From the NCBI RefSeq assembly GCF_009834535.1, contig NC_045697.1:38628001-38692000 (forward strand): a DNA stretch of 64,000 nucleotides, written 5' to 3'. Every line of letters begins with the position of its first letter. The stretch's first letter is position 1. Below are positions 63,443 through 64,000 of this stretch, piece by piece. This DNA is from Camelus ferus (lineage: Eukaryota). Made by a program: the position numbers and the translations under genes. The notes under the pieces are model-generated. The model had not been told where the DNA came from and made no database searches. It was given only the letters and a program-made list of their open reading frames with translations.

Positions 63443-64000
63443 CTGCAAATAAGAAAGTAAATTAAAAAAAAAAAAGCAAATTACTGGGCTTCTGCTGGTG
63501 GTTAACATATCCACATATCCTGTCCTTCCTGATCTTATGTCTATTTAGTTAATATGATTTTTATTTTTAGTATAAAAAACATACTCACTGTGGAGAATCA
63601 AGTTAGTATAAAGGAATTGACAAAGACCACCACCCAGAAATAACCACTGTTAATATTTTAGCATTTTCCCTTGTGATCTTTTTAGTGTGTGTACACACAC
63701 ACACACACACACAGTTTAATATACTTGCGATCATTCTGAATATACTTTGTATCTAATTTACCTCACTTATTTTGTAAAACTCTTTAAATATTAATCCCGT
63801 AGGAACATAAAATAATTTCTCTCTCCACCTTATCATTGAAAATTGTTTGGAACTAATTTCTTGTATTATAAACAACTTGGAAATAGACATACTGGTGCAT
63901 ATATTTGTCCATGTTTCTTATTATTTTGCCAGGATAGATTCCTGGAAGAAGAATTTTACTAAATCAAAGGATAAGAAACTGCTATGTAAAGTCAAACTGT

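Overview
Mammalian (not prokaryotic) genomic DNA, most likely a camelid: it carries tRNA-Ala-derived SINEs and artiodactyl-type L1 3' ends, and I saw no Alu, BovB/Bov-A or PRE-1 elements. The + strand holds nine in-phase coding exons, the stop codon and a ~2.8 kb 3'UTR of CRACD (KIAA1211). The - strand holds the last three coding exons of AASDH, convergent with CRACD. Between the two 3' ends lies a ~6.9 kb decayed composite L1. Introns carry the usual L1, SINE, LTR and DNA-transposon remnants. No wholly new biological system is evident. The strongest leads are: (1) the codon matching the annotated human CRACD start is TTG here, and an upstream exon (6812-6983) splices in frame and encodes a basic/hydrophobic motif, implying an N-terminally extended protein; (2) a tandem-repeat-expanded ER/K helix in the giant exon; (3) an LTR ending 18 nt from a splice acceptor; (4) an 81-bp templated insertion; (5) an L1 with two ORF1s and an insertion-associated deletion. 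Gene and repeat names come from my recall of the families, not from database searches.
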